DNA of 64,000 bases from a bacterium (GTDB taxonomy: Bacteria > Patescibacteriota > Minisyncoccia > UBA6257 > 02-FULL-45-10c): positions 329,366 through 393,365 of the forward strand of contig JAJYMK010000003.1 in assembly GCA_021786945.1 (NCBI GenBank), written 5' to 3'. The position numbers were made by a program, and so were the translations under genes. Shown piece after piece: positions 55,693 to 63,268 of the stretch; positions within the stretch are counted from its first letter, which is position 1; the number at the start of each line of letters is the position of its first letter. The notes beneath the pieces are model-generated. The model saw only the letters and a program-made list of their open reading frames with translations, searched no databases and was not told where the DNA came from.

Positions 55693-56769
55693 TTAAATAT
55701 TTTTTACTCCCAATCCCAATGCTACAGTAAGATACGGGCCCAAATCCTTAATAATAGGCTCCATTTCTCCGGGATAAGATATTTTTGAAAAGGGTTCGGC
55801 TTTTTTGACGGGCAGACCCATCTGATCCTCGAAATATTTTTCTATTCCAAGCAGATTGGCTCCCCCGCCGGTTAATATGATACTAGAAATGCTTTCGTTA
55901 TAACTTTTTTCAAAATTATTTTTTACCCTCTCCGCTTCATTAATTATAACATCTAATATAGGCATCATTAATGTGGATAACTCATATTCTCCTCCGGTGC
56001 CCGTAAGGCCTCTTAATTTTTTCAAATCTTCAGCCCTCCTAATTCTTATATTTAAACCGGAAGAAATTGTTTGGGTAAGAGAACCGCCCGCGAAATCGGT
56101 CTGTCCAGAAAACTTTAAATTGCCATCCTGAGCAACATAAATACTGGTAGACCTGGAACCTATATCGACAATTAAAGCATCATCTTTTATTCCGCTTGTA
56201 AGAATACGCGCGGAACTCAAACCCTCTATTTCAAGAGCCATCAAATTAAGTCCGGCGGCTTTAAAAATGTTTTTATATCTAGAAATAATTTCGTTTGGAA
56301 CAGAAATCAATAAAATCTGCTGGACCCTGTCTCCATTTTCATTTTTTTTCTCCCCAACTCTGAGCCAATCAATAGTAACCGAACTTATCGGAAGCGGAAT
56401 ATATTGCTTTGCCTGAAACCCCATTATTTTGGAGGTATCTCCGTCTGGCATAAGGGGCATTTCCAAAAGAGTGGTAAAGGCCGAAAAAGAAGGCAGGGAC
56501 GCAACGACATTTTTGCTATTACTTTTCGTATGTTTAACCATCAGCTTTAGAAGATCTACCGTTTCATTTTCAAGCATCTTTAAAGAACTCGTCTGGATAG
56601 CATTATTCGGCCTCTCTAGGTGGCCATAACTCTCCAAAAAACCATAATTCCTCAAAAACGGAAGCCCTTTGGTTTTTACCAGCTCAATCATTTTTATGGA
56701 AGTTGTTCCAATATCTACACCTAAATAGGTATTACTTCCAAAAATCGATTCTAAAAAATTAAAAGCCAT
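55693..56769 (-). CDS. pilM: type IV pilus assembly protein PilM (actin-like ATPase fold)
   Basis: LGVDIGTTSIKMIEL is the actin/FtsA-like phosphate-1 motif. It is the first gene of the operon. Confidence 0.8.
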   Translation of the reverse strand: MAFNFLESIFGSNTYLGVDIGTTSIKMIELVKTKGLPFLRNYGFLESYGHLERPNNAIQTSSLKMLENETVDLLKLMVKHTKSNSKNVVASLPSFSAFTTLLEMPLMPDGDTSKIMGFQAKQYIPLPISSVTIDWLRVGEKKNENGDRVQQILLISVPNEIISRYKNIFKAAGLNLMALEIEGLSSARILTSGIKDDALIVDIGSRSTSIYVAQDGNLKFSGQTDFAGGSLTQTISSGLNIRIRRAEDLKKLRGLTGTGGEYELSTLMMPILDVIINEAERVKNNFEKSYNESISSIILTGGGANLLGIEKYFEDQMGLPVKKAEPFSKISYPGEMEPIIKDLGPYLTVALGLGVKNI

Positions 56770-56823
56770 AGATTTATTTAAAAAATGCCGTGATACAATT
56801 TATATATATTTATTATATCAAAT

Positions 56824-57537
56824 ATGGAATTTATTTATAAGCTTAAAAATATATTTTTTGATATTTTGTTTCCGTCTATATGTCTTAATTGCAAAATTAA
56901 TTTAACAATAGACGAAAAAAATAAAAAGGTGTGTGAAAAATGTATTGATTCCATAATTATATATTCCTCTTTTTTCTGTCCTAAATGCAAAAATAGGGTT
57001 CCAACCCAAGAAAAAACCTGCCATAAAGAAATTAAATTCCTGCTGGCTCCGGTAACGGACTATCAAAACCCTGTAATAAAAAATATTATTCGGTTTTTTA
57101 AATATAAGAAATGGAAAAGTCTTATGGTTATAATAACTCCCTTAATAAATAATTATCTTGATAATCTTAGTCAGGATCTTAAAAGTTTTATTATCATACC
57201 TATCCCCCTTCATAAAGATCGGTTTAAAGAAAGGGGCTTTAATCAGTCCGAATATATCGCCAAAGTGATCTCCGAAAAAACTAAAGCCGAAATAAATACG
57301 GGTAACTTAAAAAGAATAAAAGCTACTAAAACTCAGGCTGATTCGAAAAATTTGGAAGAAAGAGTAAAAAATATAAAAAATTGCTTTGCCTTGGAAAATC
57401 CGGAAGAAATAAAAAATAAAAACATATTATTAGTTGATGACGTTTTTACTTCTGGCTCAACAATGACTGAAGCGGTAAAAATACTCAAACAATCCGGAGC
57501 TAAAAAAATAATAGCTTTTGTTTTGGCAAAAGCTTAA
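56824..57537 (+). CDS. comFC: ComF family phosphoribosyltransferase-like competence protein
   Basis: N-terminal CxxC…CxxC zinc finger. C-terminal PRTase motif LLVDDVFTSGSTM. Confidence 0.75.
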   Translation: MEFIYKLKNIFFDILFPSICLNCKINLTIDEKNKKVCEKCIDSIIIYSSFFCPKCKNRVPTQEKTCHKEIKFLLAPVTDYQNPVIKNIIRFFKYKKWKSLMVIITPLINNYLDNLSQDLKSFIIIPIPLHKDRFKERGFNQSEYIAKVISEKTKAEINTGNLKRIKATKTQADSKNLEERVKNIKNCFALENPEEIKNKNILLVDDVFTSGSTMTEAVKILKQSGAKKIIAFVLAKA

Positions 57538-57543
57538 AAAATG

Positions 57544-57617
57544 TGGTGGACCATGCGAGAATCGAACTCGCGTCTCCCGGATGCAAACCGGGTGCTCTAC
57601 CACTAAGCTAATGGCCC
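57544..57617 (-). tRNA. tRNA-Cys(GCA) with encoded CCA
   Basis: The reverse complement GGGCCATTAGCTTAGTGGTAGAGCACCCGGTTTGCATCCGGGAGACGCGAGTTCGATTCTCGCATGGTCCACCA folds as a cloverleaf. Anticodon is GCA. Confidence 0.8.
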
Positions 57618-57676
57618 GCGGTTTATTTTAAACAATAGTTTAAAGATTAAACTAATTCTTTAAAAACCGCAATTTT

Positions 57677-57886
57677 TTATTTTTCTTCGTTACACTTACA
57701 ATTCTTGCTGAAGCAATAAATATAAAGGATTTCCAATAAACCCATTGTATTTATAACCAACAAGGCGACAAACCACTTTTTGCTGTCTGCTTTAGCGGCT
57801 GTCCAAAGAGCTATTCCCTTCCAGACAAGCGTCCAGACAAGCATTAATGTAAAAAGAAATGGGTTGTGACCAATAAATTCAAACAT
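57677..57886 (-). CDS. hypothetical small membrane protein (2 TM)
   Basis: 69 aa, hydrophobic, with a C-terminal Cys pair. Confidence 0.35.
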   Translation of the reverse strand: MFEFIGHNPFLFTLMLVWTLVWKGIALWTAAKADSKKWFVALLVINTMGLLEILYIYCFSKNCKCNEEK

Positions 57887-57935
57887 AATTATTTAAAATA
57901 ATATTTGATTCGACTTATTCAGTTTAACATAAAAG

Positions 57936-58022
57936 CGGAGGGTGCAGGATTTGAACCTGCGAGGGGCTTTCGCCCCAACCGCATTTCGAGTGCGGCGCAC
58001 TAGACCACTATGCGAACCCTCC
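57936..58022 (-). tRNA. tRNA-Ser(CGA)
   Basis: 87 nt with a long variable arm. The reverse complement reads GGAGGGTTCGCATAGTGGTCTAGTGCGCCGCACTCGAAATGCGG…. Anticodon loop is CTCGAAA. Confidence 0.8.
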
Positions 58023-58069
58023 AATAGGATTTACTAATAAATAATATACCAAATACGGCCCAAAATAAA

Positions 58070-58094
58070 AATCCGGCTCCTCACAAGCCGAATT
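58070..58094. repeat. 25-bp hairpin repeat AATCCGGCTCCTCACAAGCCGAATT (copy 1)
   Basis: Self-complementary (stem CGGCT/AGCCG) with a T-run. A second copy lies 410 bp away. Confidence 0.5.
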
Positions 58095-58114
58095 TTTAAT
58101 TTTAACGCAGTAAA

Positions 58115-58366
58115 CTAGGAAAGATGCTGAGAAACCAACTTGGTCATTTCAAACATATTCACAGTTCCCTTTCCGCCGAAAACTTTTTTCAAAGCTTCGT
58201 CGGCGTTGATGTTGCGCTTATTTTGCTGATCCTGAAGACCGTTCTTCTTGATATACGCCCAAATCTTCTTAACAACTTCCGCTCTGGGCATAGGACCTTT
58301 TCCGACAACCGCAGCCAATTCCGGGCTGACATTCATCGGTTTCATTAACGCAGAACCTTTTGCCAT
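58115..58366 (-). CDS. SWIB/MDM2 domain protein
   Basis: VSPELAAVVG…RAEVVKKIWAYIKKNGLQDQQNKRNINADEALKKVFG…MFEMTKLVSQHL is the canonical SWIB fold. Start is set at the internal Met. Confidence 0.75.
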   Translation of the reverse strand: MAKGSALMKPMNVSPELAAVVGKGPMPRAEVVKKIWAYIKKNGLQDQQNKRNINADEALKKVFGGKGTVNMFEMTKLVSQHLS

Positions 58367-58479
58367 TGTTTTGAATAAATAAAGAGTGGATTGCGACTTG
58401 TTTAAATACAATCACTCGTGTTTTTTACTTAAAGTAATTATACCAAGCAATAAATCTTTGGGCAATTTGATTAAAATAA

Positions 58480-58504
58480 AATTCGGCTCCTCACAAGCCG
58501 AATT
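58480..58504. repeat. 25-bp hairpin repeat AATTCGGCTCCTCACAAGCCGAATT (copy 2)
   Basis: 24/25 identical to copy 1, in direct orientation. Confidence 0.5.
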
Positions 58505-58532
58505 GTAAAAAACTATCGTAAAAACATAAAAA

Positions 58533-58688
58533 CTATTTAGCGCCCATAATCCTGAACATCTTAGTGCCGCAAACAGGACACATTCCCGTCATAGCCTTTC
58601 TGACTTTTCCACCCTTCCCCTTCATCTCAACTTCTTTCGCATCCTTCATTTCTTTTTTAGCCTTACACTTTACACAATACGCTTCCAT
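58533..58688 (-). CDS. small zinc-ribbon protein (51 aa; absent from ORF track)
   Basis: Manual translation gives MEAYCVKCKAKKEMKDAKEVEMKGKGGKVRKAMTGMCPVCGTKMFRIMGAK, with a CxxC…CxxC ribbon. Confidence 0.5.
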   Translation of the reverse strand: MEAYCVKCKAKKEMKDAKEVEMKGKGGKVRKAMTGMCPVCGTKMFRIMGAK

Positions 58689-58763
58689 GTTTTTTTAATT
58701 AAGAAAGAAATATCGCGACCTTAAAATAACGATATTTCATTATTTTTCTCTTATAAAATAAGT

Positions 58764-58917
58764 ATATCACGCCCACAAAAGGGCCGGCAAACCTTTCAAC
58801 TCCGAATTCGGATCAGTCAAAAAATTTGTCCCGCTCCACCTTATAGTGGAAACTCACATTTGGCAATTGTCCTCACAACAATCTTCATTTGTGAACCCTT
58901 TTCTAGGCGTGATATAT
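58764..58917. repeat. 154-bp element bounded by inverted repeats (TATATCACGCC…GGCGTGATATA)
   Basis: A perfect 11-bp terminal IR, extended to ~18/21, encloses a 130-bp region with internal hairpins. No ORF. Confidence 0.35.
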
Positions 58918-58973
58918 AAATTACTACTAAAGTATATTATAAAGCATATTTTTTAAAATATTCCAGAAAAGAA

Positions 58974-59105
58974 CTGTGGATAACCGGACACCTGGCCAAT
59001 TCTTTCTTCAGCCCGCCTCACTTGCTCCAGCGTACTCACTCACTAATTCCTCGGCTCACTGGGTCGCTTTCAGCGATCACTATGCCCGCTCGCCTGCGCA
59101 GGTTT
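58974..59105. other. 132-bp GC-rich (~58%) non-coding patch flanked by 10-bp direct repeats CAGAAAAGAA
   Basis: A sharp GC shift inside an AT-rich intergenic region. It contains a perfect DnaA-box 9-mer (TGTGGATAA at 58976-58984) and the palindrome CCTGCGCAGG. Confidence 0.3.
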
Positions 59106-59217
59106 CAGAAAAGAATTTAACCTCGCTTTAATAAAAAATAAGACATGCCTACTTAATACAATACGAATCGTTTGCCAATTTAACAAAAAAAAATTATTAT
59201 AAAACAGATTCAATAAA

Positions 59218-59289
59218 GCCCTCGTAGTTCAATGGATAGAACAAATCCGTCCTAAGGATAAGATTGAGGTTCGATTCCTCACGAGGGCA
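59218..59289 (+). tRNA. tRNA-Arg(CCT)
   Basis: GCCCTCGTAGTTCAATGGATAGAACAAATCCGTCCTAAGGATAAGATTGAGGTTCGATTCCTCACGAGGGCA folds as a cloverleaf. Anticodon loop is GTCCTAA. Confidence 0.8.
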
Positions 59290-59339
59290 CATAGATTGAA
59301 TTTTTTAAAAAATAATATATTATATACTTATTGTTTTAT

Positions 59340-59410
59340 GGGCCTATAGTATAGTGGTAGAACGCCTCCATGGCATGGAGGAGGTGGGAGTTCGATTCTC
59401 CCTAGGTCCA
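59340..59410 (+). tRNA. tRNA-Ala(GGC)
   Basis: GGGCCTATAGTATAGTGGTAGAACGCCTCCATGGCATGGAGGAGGTGGGAGTTCGATTCTCCCTAGGTCCA folds as a cloverleaf. It has the G3:U70 identity pair. Anticodon is GGC. Confidence 0.8.
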
Positions 59411-59418
59411 CATAAATC

Positions 59419-59450
59419 AAAAACATCCCAATTGGGATGTTTTTGATTTT
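59419..59450. terminator. bidirectional terminator ACATCCCAATTGGGATGT
   Basis: A perfect hairpin with flanking A-run and T-run, between tRNA-Ala and the convergent hemerythrin gene. Confidence 0.6.
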
Positions 59451-59862
59451 AATACAAACCGTGTTCGTTAAAACACTTAGTATACTTTTTATCTAGGGTT
59501 TCCAAATGATCAACTAACCAATTTTCCAAAAAATCGATCAATTCAAAAACTATTTCGTACGTATCACCATTTACTTGTTTAATTTTTATAACAAAATCTC
59601 CGGCATCCCTTCTCAATTTATTATGAGCTTCAATATGCTCAGCCGCGCCATCATAATTAAACTCTTTAAAATACATCTCTTCGGTCAAAAAATGAGCATT
59701 GGCATGATTCATCAAAACTTCCAATTCTTTATTTATAATATCCGGCGATTTTTTGGACATCAAAGAATCATAAATAAAATGCATTGATTCCAAAATCTCC
59801 TGGTGCTGAAGGTCTATCTGTTTAACATTCACACTATAATCTTGCCTCCATTCAAAAATCAT
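59449..59862 (-). CDS. hemerythrin-like (HHE cation-binding) protein
   Basis: W..YSV.V..ID.QH..L N-terminal block, plus later H…H…HxxxE ligand pattern. 137 aa. Confidence 0.8.
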   Translation of the reverse strand: MIFEWRQDYSVNVKQIDLQHQEILESMHFIYDSLMSKKSPDIINKELEVLMNHANAHFLTEEMYFKEFNYDGAAEHIEAHNKLRRDAGDFVIKIKQVNGDTYEIVFELIDFLENWLVDHLETLDKKYTKCFNEHGLY

Positions 59863-59871
59863 ATTTTTAAA

Positions 59872-60402
59872 TTATTCGATGCAGCAATCAATAGCTTTTT
59901 TAACCAATTCCCCCAACTTTCCCATAAAACCCTTCTTTTCCTCATCATGTTTATTCATTGCGGCACTATCTATTTTTTTAATATCACCGGTAGCTACCAG
60001 CTTCATATTTAAACCCCAAAATAAAGAATAAAGATTATAGGCTTTTTCAAAAAGCTCGTACGCCTCCTTTTCATTGCCAATACCCAACTGCTTAGTGCCA
60101 ACCTCCATCAAACGCATGGATGCGGCCAAAAGATGCTTGGAAATACACCAAACCTCGCCTTCGTATTCCTTAATAATTTTTTTAAGGAGCTCTTTTCGCA
60201 TTTCCCGTACCTCTCTTATTAAATCAAAATATTCCGGTTTATTTGTTTTGGCGCCGGTAAAAAAGAAATGTTCTTCAATGCTTATTAAGTTCATAATGGC
60301 AATACTCAAGTCCTCGTCTGAAGAAAGATCCATTTTCTCCTTCTTCTTCATATGATCTATTTTTTCTATAAACTCATTAAGTTTTTTAATATCCTGTTCC
60401 AT
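59872..60402 (-). CDS. hypothetical protein
   Basis: Coding-like and charged/helical. No motif recognised. Confidence 0.4.
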   Translation of the reverse strand: MEQDIKKLNEFIEKIDHMKKKEKMDLSSDEDLSIAIMNLISIEEHFFFTGAKTNKPEYFDLIREVREMRKELLKKIIKEYEGEVWCISKHLLAASMRLMEVGTKQLGIGNEKEAYELFEKAYNLYSLFWGLNMKLVATGDIKKIDSAAMNKHDEEKKGFMGKLGELVKKAIDCCIE

Positions 60403-60422
60403 ATTAAATAGTCTAGCAGAAA

Positions 60423-60920
60423 TTATCTTGTTAATAAATAAAATACTCCGCTGCCCAAAATAAGTACAACCAAATTAAGGACAACTTTCTGAAAGGGAAA
60501 ATAAACTTTTTCGTTATTTTTCGCCTTTAAGTAAAAATGAAAACTGGTTCCAAGATAAAATAGTATGCTTCCGGCTAAAACTCCCAATAAAAGCTTATCC
60601 ACCCCCCAAAATTTATTTAGCTCCTTACCAATTAGTCCCGTATAATAAAGCGGAACCAGCGTTAGTAAATAATATGCCAAAAAAGTAATTGATCCGCATC
60701 CCTTAAAACACCATTTCTTTTTTACAAGCCAATTTACAGTCCACCAAGCCATTGCGATAATAAGCGCGCCTACCCACAACCCAACAATAGTATCGTCTAC
60801 CCCAAATTCTTCAGCTATTCCAACGCCGGCGCCAACGGCAATAACGCAAACGGGACAAATCGCCTGGGCTGAAACAGCAAACATAAGCCCACCGGCAATC
60901 AATAATGTCAATAAATACAT
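60423..60920 (-). CDS. hypothetical polytopic membrane protein
   Basis: 4-5 predicted TM helices. Confidence 0.4.
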   Translation of the reverse strand: MYLLTLLIAGGLMFAVSAQAICPVCVIAVGAGVGIAEEFGVDDTIVGLWVGALIIAMAWWTVNWLVKKKWCFKGCGSITFLAYYLLTLVPLYYTGLIGKELNKFWGVDKLLLGVLAGSILFYLGTSFHFYLKAKNNEKVYFPFQKVVLNLVVLILGSGVFYLLTR

Positions 60921-60925
60921 GGAGT

Positions 60926-61300
60926 TTATTTTATTTTTTCCTGAAAAAATTTAATTATATCGGCATCGCCCATCAAGCATTTGGAATTTGAGCTATCCCA
61001 CAAAAAAGGAATTCCGATACTATCCGACAGACCGCAAGCAGCCGCTCTTTTCTGTAATTCGGATATATTAGCCGAATTATTATCTACGCTTTTTCTTACA
61101 TAGGAAACCTTATCCAAAACTTTATTTTCTTCCAAAAATTTTTCTACATTTTGACAATGCGGACAACTATCGCTGTAAAATAATACTAAATTTTCCGAGG
61201 TCCCAACCGGACCGGAAGATTTATTCATATTAAAAAATAATACAAACGCAACAATACCAACAAATAAAAGGATAATGCCAATTAATAATTTTTTATTCAT
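60926..61300 (-). CDS. membrane-anchored thioredoxin/glutaredoxin-like protein
   Basis: Signal anchor plus YSDSCPHCQN (CxxC). Confidence 0.6.
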   Translation of the reverse strand: MNKKLLIGIILLFVGIVAFVLFFNMNKSSGPVGTSENLVLFYSDSCPHCQNVEKFLEENKVLDKVSYVRKSVDNNSANISELQKRAAACGLSDSIGIPFLWDSSNSKCLMGDADIIKFFQEKIK

Positions 61301-61391
61301 AAAACAGTGATTTAATAATAAAGAAAAGAAATATTTTAATCAAATAATTGAATAATCAATAAAATTTGATATATTAATAAAACAGTTAAAA

Positions 61392-61481
61392 GGAGGCGTG
61401 CCTGAGCGGTTGAAAGGGGCAGTCTTGAAAACTGCTATATCCGAAAGGGTATCGGAGGTTCGAATCCTCCCGCCTCCGCCA
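61392..61481 (+). tRNA. tRNA-Ser(TGA) with encoded CCA
   Basis: GGAGGCGTGCCTGAGCGGTTGAAAGGGGCAGTCTTGAAAACTGC… folds as a cloverleaf with a long variable arm. Anticodon loop is CTTGAAA. Confidence 0.8.
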
Positions 61482-61483
61482 AT

Positions 61484-61807
61484 TTATTTTAACAGATCGT
61501 CACTTCCTTTTTCGTCTTTAGGTAAACCCCATCTCCATCCGGGCTTTTCGCCTTTTTTATAACAAATCCCAATAAGAACTGCTGTGAGCAAAAGCACTGA
61601 AAAAACTCCAATCACCGGCCGCGCATTAAATTTGTTTGTAAAATAAACAAAAAATGCCAGCCAGACCAAAAGAACAACCCAACCCTGCCATTTAGCAGGT
61701 GTCCAACCCCAGCCATAAAGCTTAGCCTTAAACCAATAGCTGTTAGGATTATCTCTTAAATAATTAATGTATTTTTTAAACATGGCGGTCGTTGAATCTT
61801 TTATCAA
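61484..61807 (-). CDS. hypothetical Trp-rich membrane protein
   Basis: Two TM helices. No motif recognised. Confidence 0.4.
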   Translation of the reverse strand: MIKDSTTAMFKKYINYLRDNPNSYWFKAKLYGWGWTPAKWQGWVVLLVWLAFFVYFTNKFNARPVIGVFSVLLLTAVLIGICYKKGEKPGWRWGLPKDEKGSDDLLK

Positions 61808-61973
61808 GAAAGATTTTAAGATCTTTAAGATTATTATCGGTTAATTTTACCAACCCACCAAAATCATCTTTTATTTCCAAACCCGGCTCTCCCCCAACTT
61901 CAGTCTCTATAGCAACCGGGCAATTAGAACAATTCTGACAAAACTCATAAACCAATCCTATTTTATTTTTCAT
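61776..61973 (-). CDS. hypothetical small Cys-containing protein (CQNCSNC)
   Basis: A 65-aa ORF that overlaps the downstream gene by 32 nt. Uncertain. Confidence 0.3.
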   Translation of the reverse strand: MKNKIGLVYEFCQNCSNCPVAIETEVGGEPGLEIKDDFGGLVKLTDNNLKDLKIFLDKRFNDRHV

Positions 61974-62025
61974 AATAATTAATTATTTTTTATTTTATAC
62001 CGCCGACAGGCGGATTTTTGATTTT

Positions 62026-62619
62026 TTAAATATTTTCTTTAGCTTTAAAAATTTTAAATATTCCTGCGGCCAATATATCTTTTTCGGTAATTACTGATTT
62101 ATCGAAATAAATATCAAAAACGTTGGGAAGACTAAATTTTATATCCCCCACGCCAGACATCTTTTTAAGATCATCGATAACCAATGGGGCATGTCCTGAA
62201 CATGGAATATCAACGGATAATTCTATTTTTGACAAAAGGGCGATATTGACCGGCTTACTAGAATAAAGATAGTTGGAGGCCAGTGGGAAAACAATCAAGA
62301 AAAAAATCATATTAACTGCTACAACCCCGGAAAATAACGTTGTCAGATACTTCCAATTATTCCTTATACCAGCAATACCGAAAGATTTATTTTTTAACAG
62401 ATATATTCCGGCCGAAATGACGGCCAAAAATAAAGATATACCCATCAACCAATAAAACGAGTACCGATTAAGCAAAAAAGATCTGAAAAAAGAAGAAATA
62501 GCGGTTGTACCAAGAACGGCAAAAACAAAAAACAGAATACATCCCGAATGAGGAATGATGCCGTAAAACAGTCCCGACAGAAATCCACTTGGTTTTTTAT
62601 CGACACAACAATTATCCAT
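62026..62619 (-). CDS. membrane protein with N-terminal CC pair and C-terminal soluble domain (CSGH), possible metal handling
   Basis: MDNCCVDKK, 4 TM helices, and a C-terminal DIPCSGHAP…GVGDIKF. It lies immediately downstream of csoR-like. Confidence 0.4.
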   Translation of the reverse strand: MDNCCVDKKPSGFLSGLFYGIIPHSGCILFFVFAVLGTTAISSFFRSFLLNRYSFYWLMGISLFLAVISAGIYLLKNKSFGIAGIRNNWKYLTTLFSGVVAVNMIFFLIVFPLASNYLYSSKPVNIALLSKIELSVDIPCSGHAPLVIDDLKKMSGVGDIKFSLPNVFDIYFDKSVITEKDILAAGIFKIFKAKENI

Positions 62620-62621
62620 AA

Positions 62622-62897
62622 TTATATTTTTGATTTCTTAAAAACTTCAACCAATTCATCCAAAACCCTTTCCCTTTCCTTTTTTGATCCGAATTTTATG
62701 GCATCGCTGACACAGCCGTCGAAATGACCTTTTAAAATACGCTCATTCAATTTATATAAAGCCGAAATAACCCCAAGATTCTGCTGGATAATATCTATAC
62801 AATAACGATCTTCTTCCAGCATTTTTTTGACACCACCAAGATGACCAATAAGATAATTGAGCCTTTTTAAATTTTCCTTTTTAAAATTTTCTTTCAT
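62622..62897 (-). CDS. csoR: CsoR/RcnR family metal-sensing transcriptional repressor
   Basis: EDRYCIDIIQQ…LKGHFDGCVSDAIKFG…VLDELVEVFKK closely matches B. subtilis CsoR, with a Cys…His-x3-Cys ligand set. Confidence 0.7.
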   Translation of the reverse strand: MKENFKKENLKRLNYLIGHLGGVKKMLEEDRYCIDIIQQNLGVISALYKLNERILKGHFDGCVSDAIKFGSKKERERVLDELVEVFKKSKI

Positions 62898-62913
62898 TTT
62901 TTATTTTTTATTT

Positions 62914-62937
62914 ATACCCTCCCCCTGGGGGGTTGTA
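62914..62937. promoter_or_regulatory. candidate CsoR operator (ATACCCTCCCCCTGGGGGGTTGTA)
   Basis: A GC-rich C5/G6 pseudo-palindrome sitting 17 bp upstream of the csoR start, in an AT-rich promoter region. This is the typical CsoR operator architecture. Confidence 0.4.
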
Positions 62938-62973
62938 AACTAAGTATATTTCCATACTCTCCGGTCTGTCAAA

Positions 62974-63020
62974 TTAAAAAAACCGCCCTGATTAAATTGG
63001 GCGGTTTAAAAATTTTTTTT
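62974..63020. terminator. bidirectional terminator AACCGCCCTGATTAAATTGGGCGGTT
   Basis: A long hairpin with an A7 run before and a T8 run after. Confidence 0.6.
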
Positions 63021-63228
63021 AAAAAAGATTTGGGTAGGCGGACTTGATTACCGGCAAGTACTCAAACAACAAAATTACCAGAATCCAAAAAATCGAAGAA
63101 AAAACAACCCCGGCTATAAAACCAGAAAGGGATGAGGCCAGTACCCTGCCTATTCTTACTTTAAAACTCTTTTCCTCTTCACAAATAAATTGTTTTAAAA
63201 CATTACTCATACAAAAATTATACCACAA
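63019..63228 (-). CDS. hypothetical small membrane protein
   Basis: A 69-aa ORF with one or two TM helices. Uncertain. Confidence 0.3.
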   Translation of the reverse strand: MWYNFCMSNVLKQFICEEEKSFKVRIGRVLASSLSGFIAGVVFSSIFWILVILLFEYLPVIKSAYPNLF

Positions 63229-63268
63229 TCAAAAATGATTAAATTTTTGATATACTTAATATAATAAA

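Noticed and set aside
58974-59105. Possible 5S rRNA, SRP RNA, RNase P RNA or tmRNA in the GC-rich patch; resemblance to the ColE1/pMB1 origin region (shared CGGTTATCCACAG)
   Set aside because: None of the diagnostic conserved blocks were found (5S CCGAAC/GAGAGUAGG, SRP GGAAGCAGCC, RNase P GGAAAGUCCGG/ACAGAACCCGGCUUA, tmRNA tRNA-like end). The ColE1 similarity is limited to the DnaA-box 13-mer and general composition, so it is not evidence of vector contamination.
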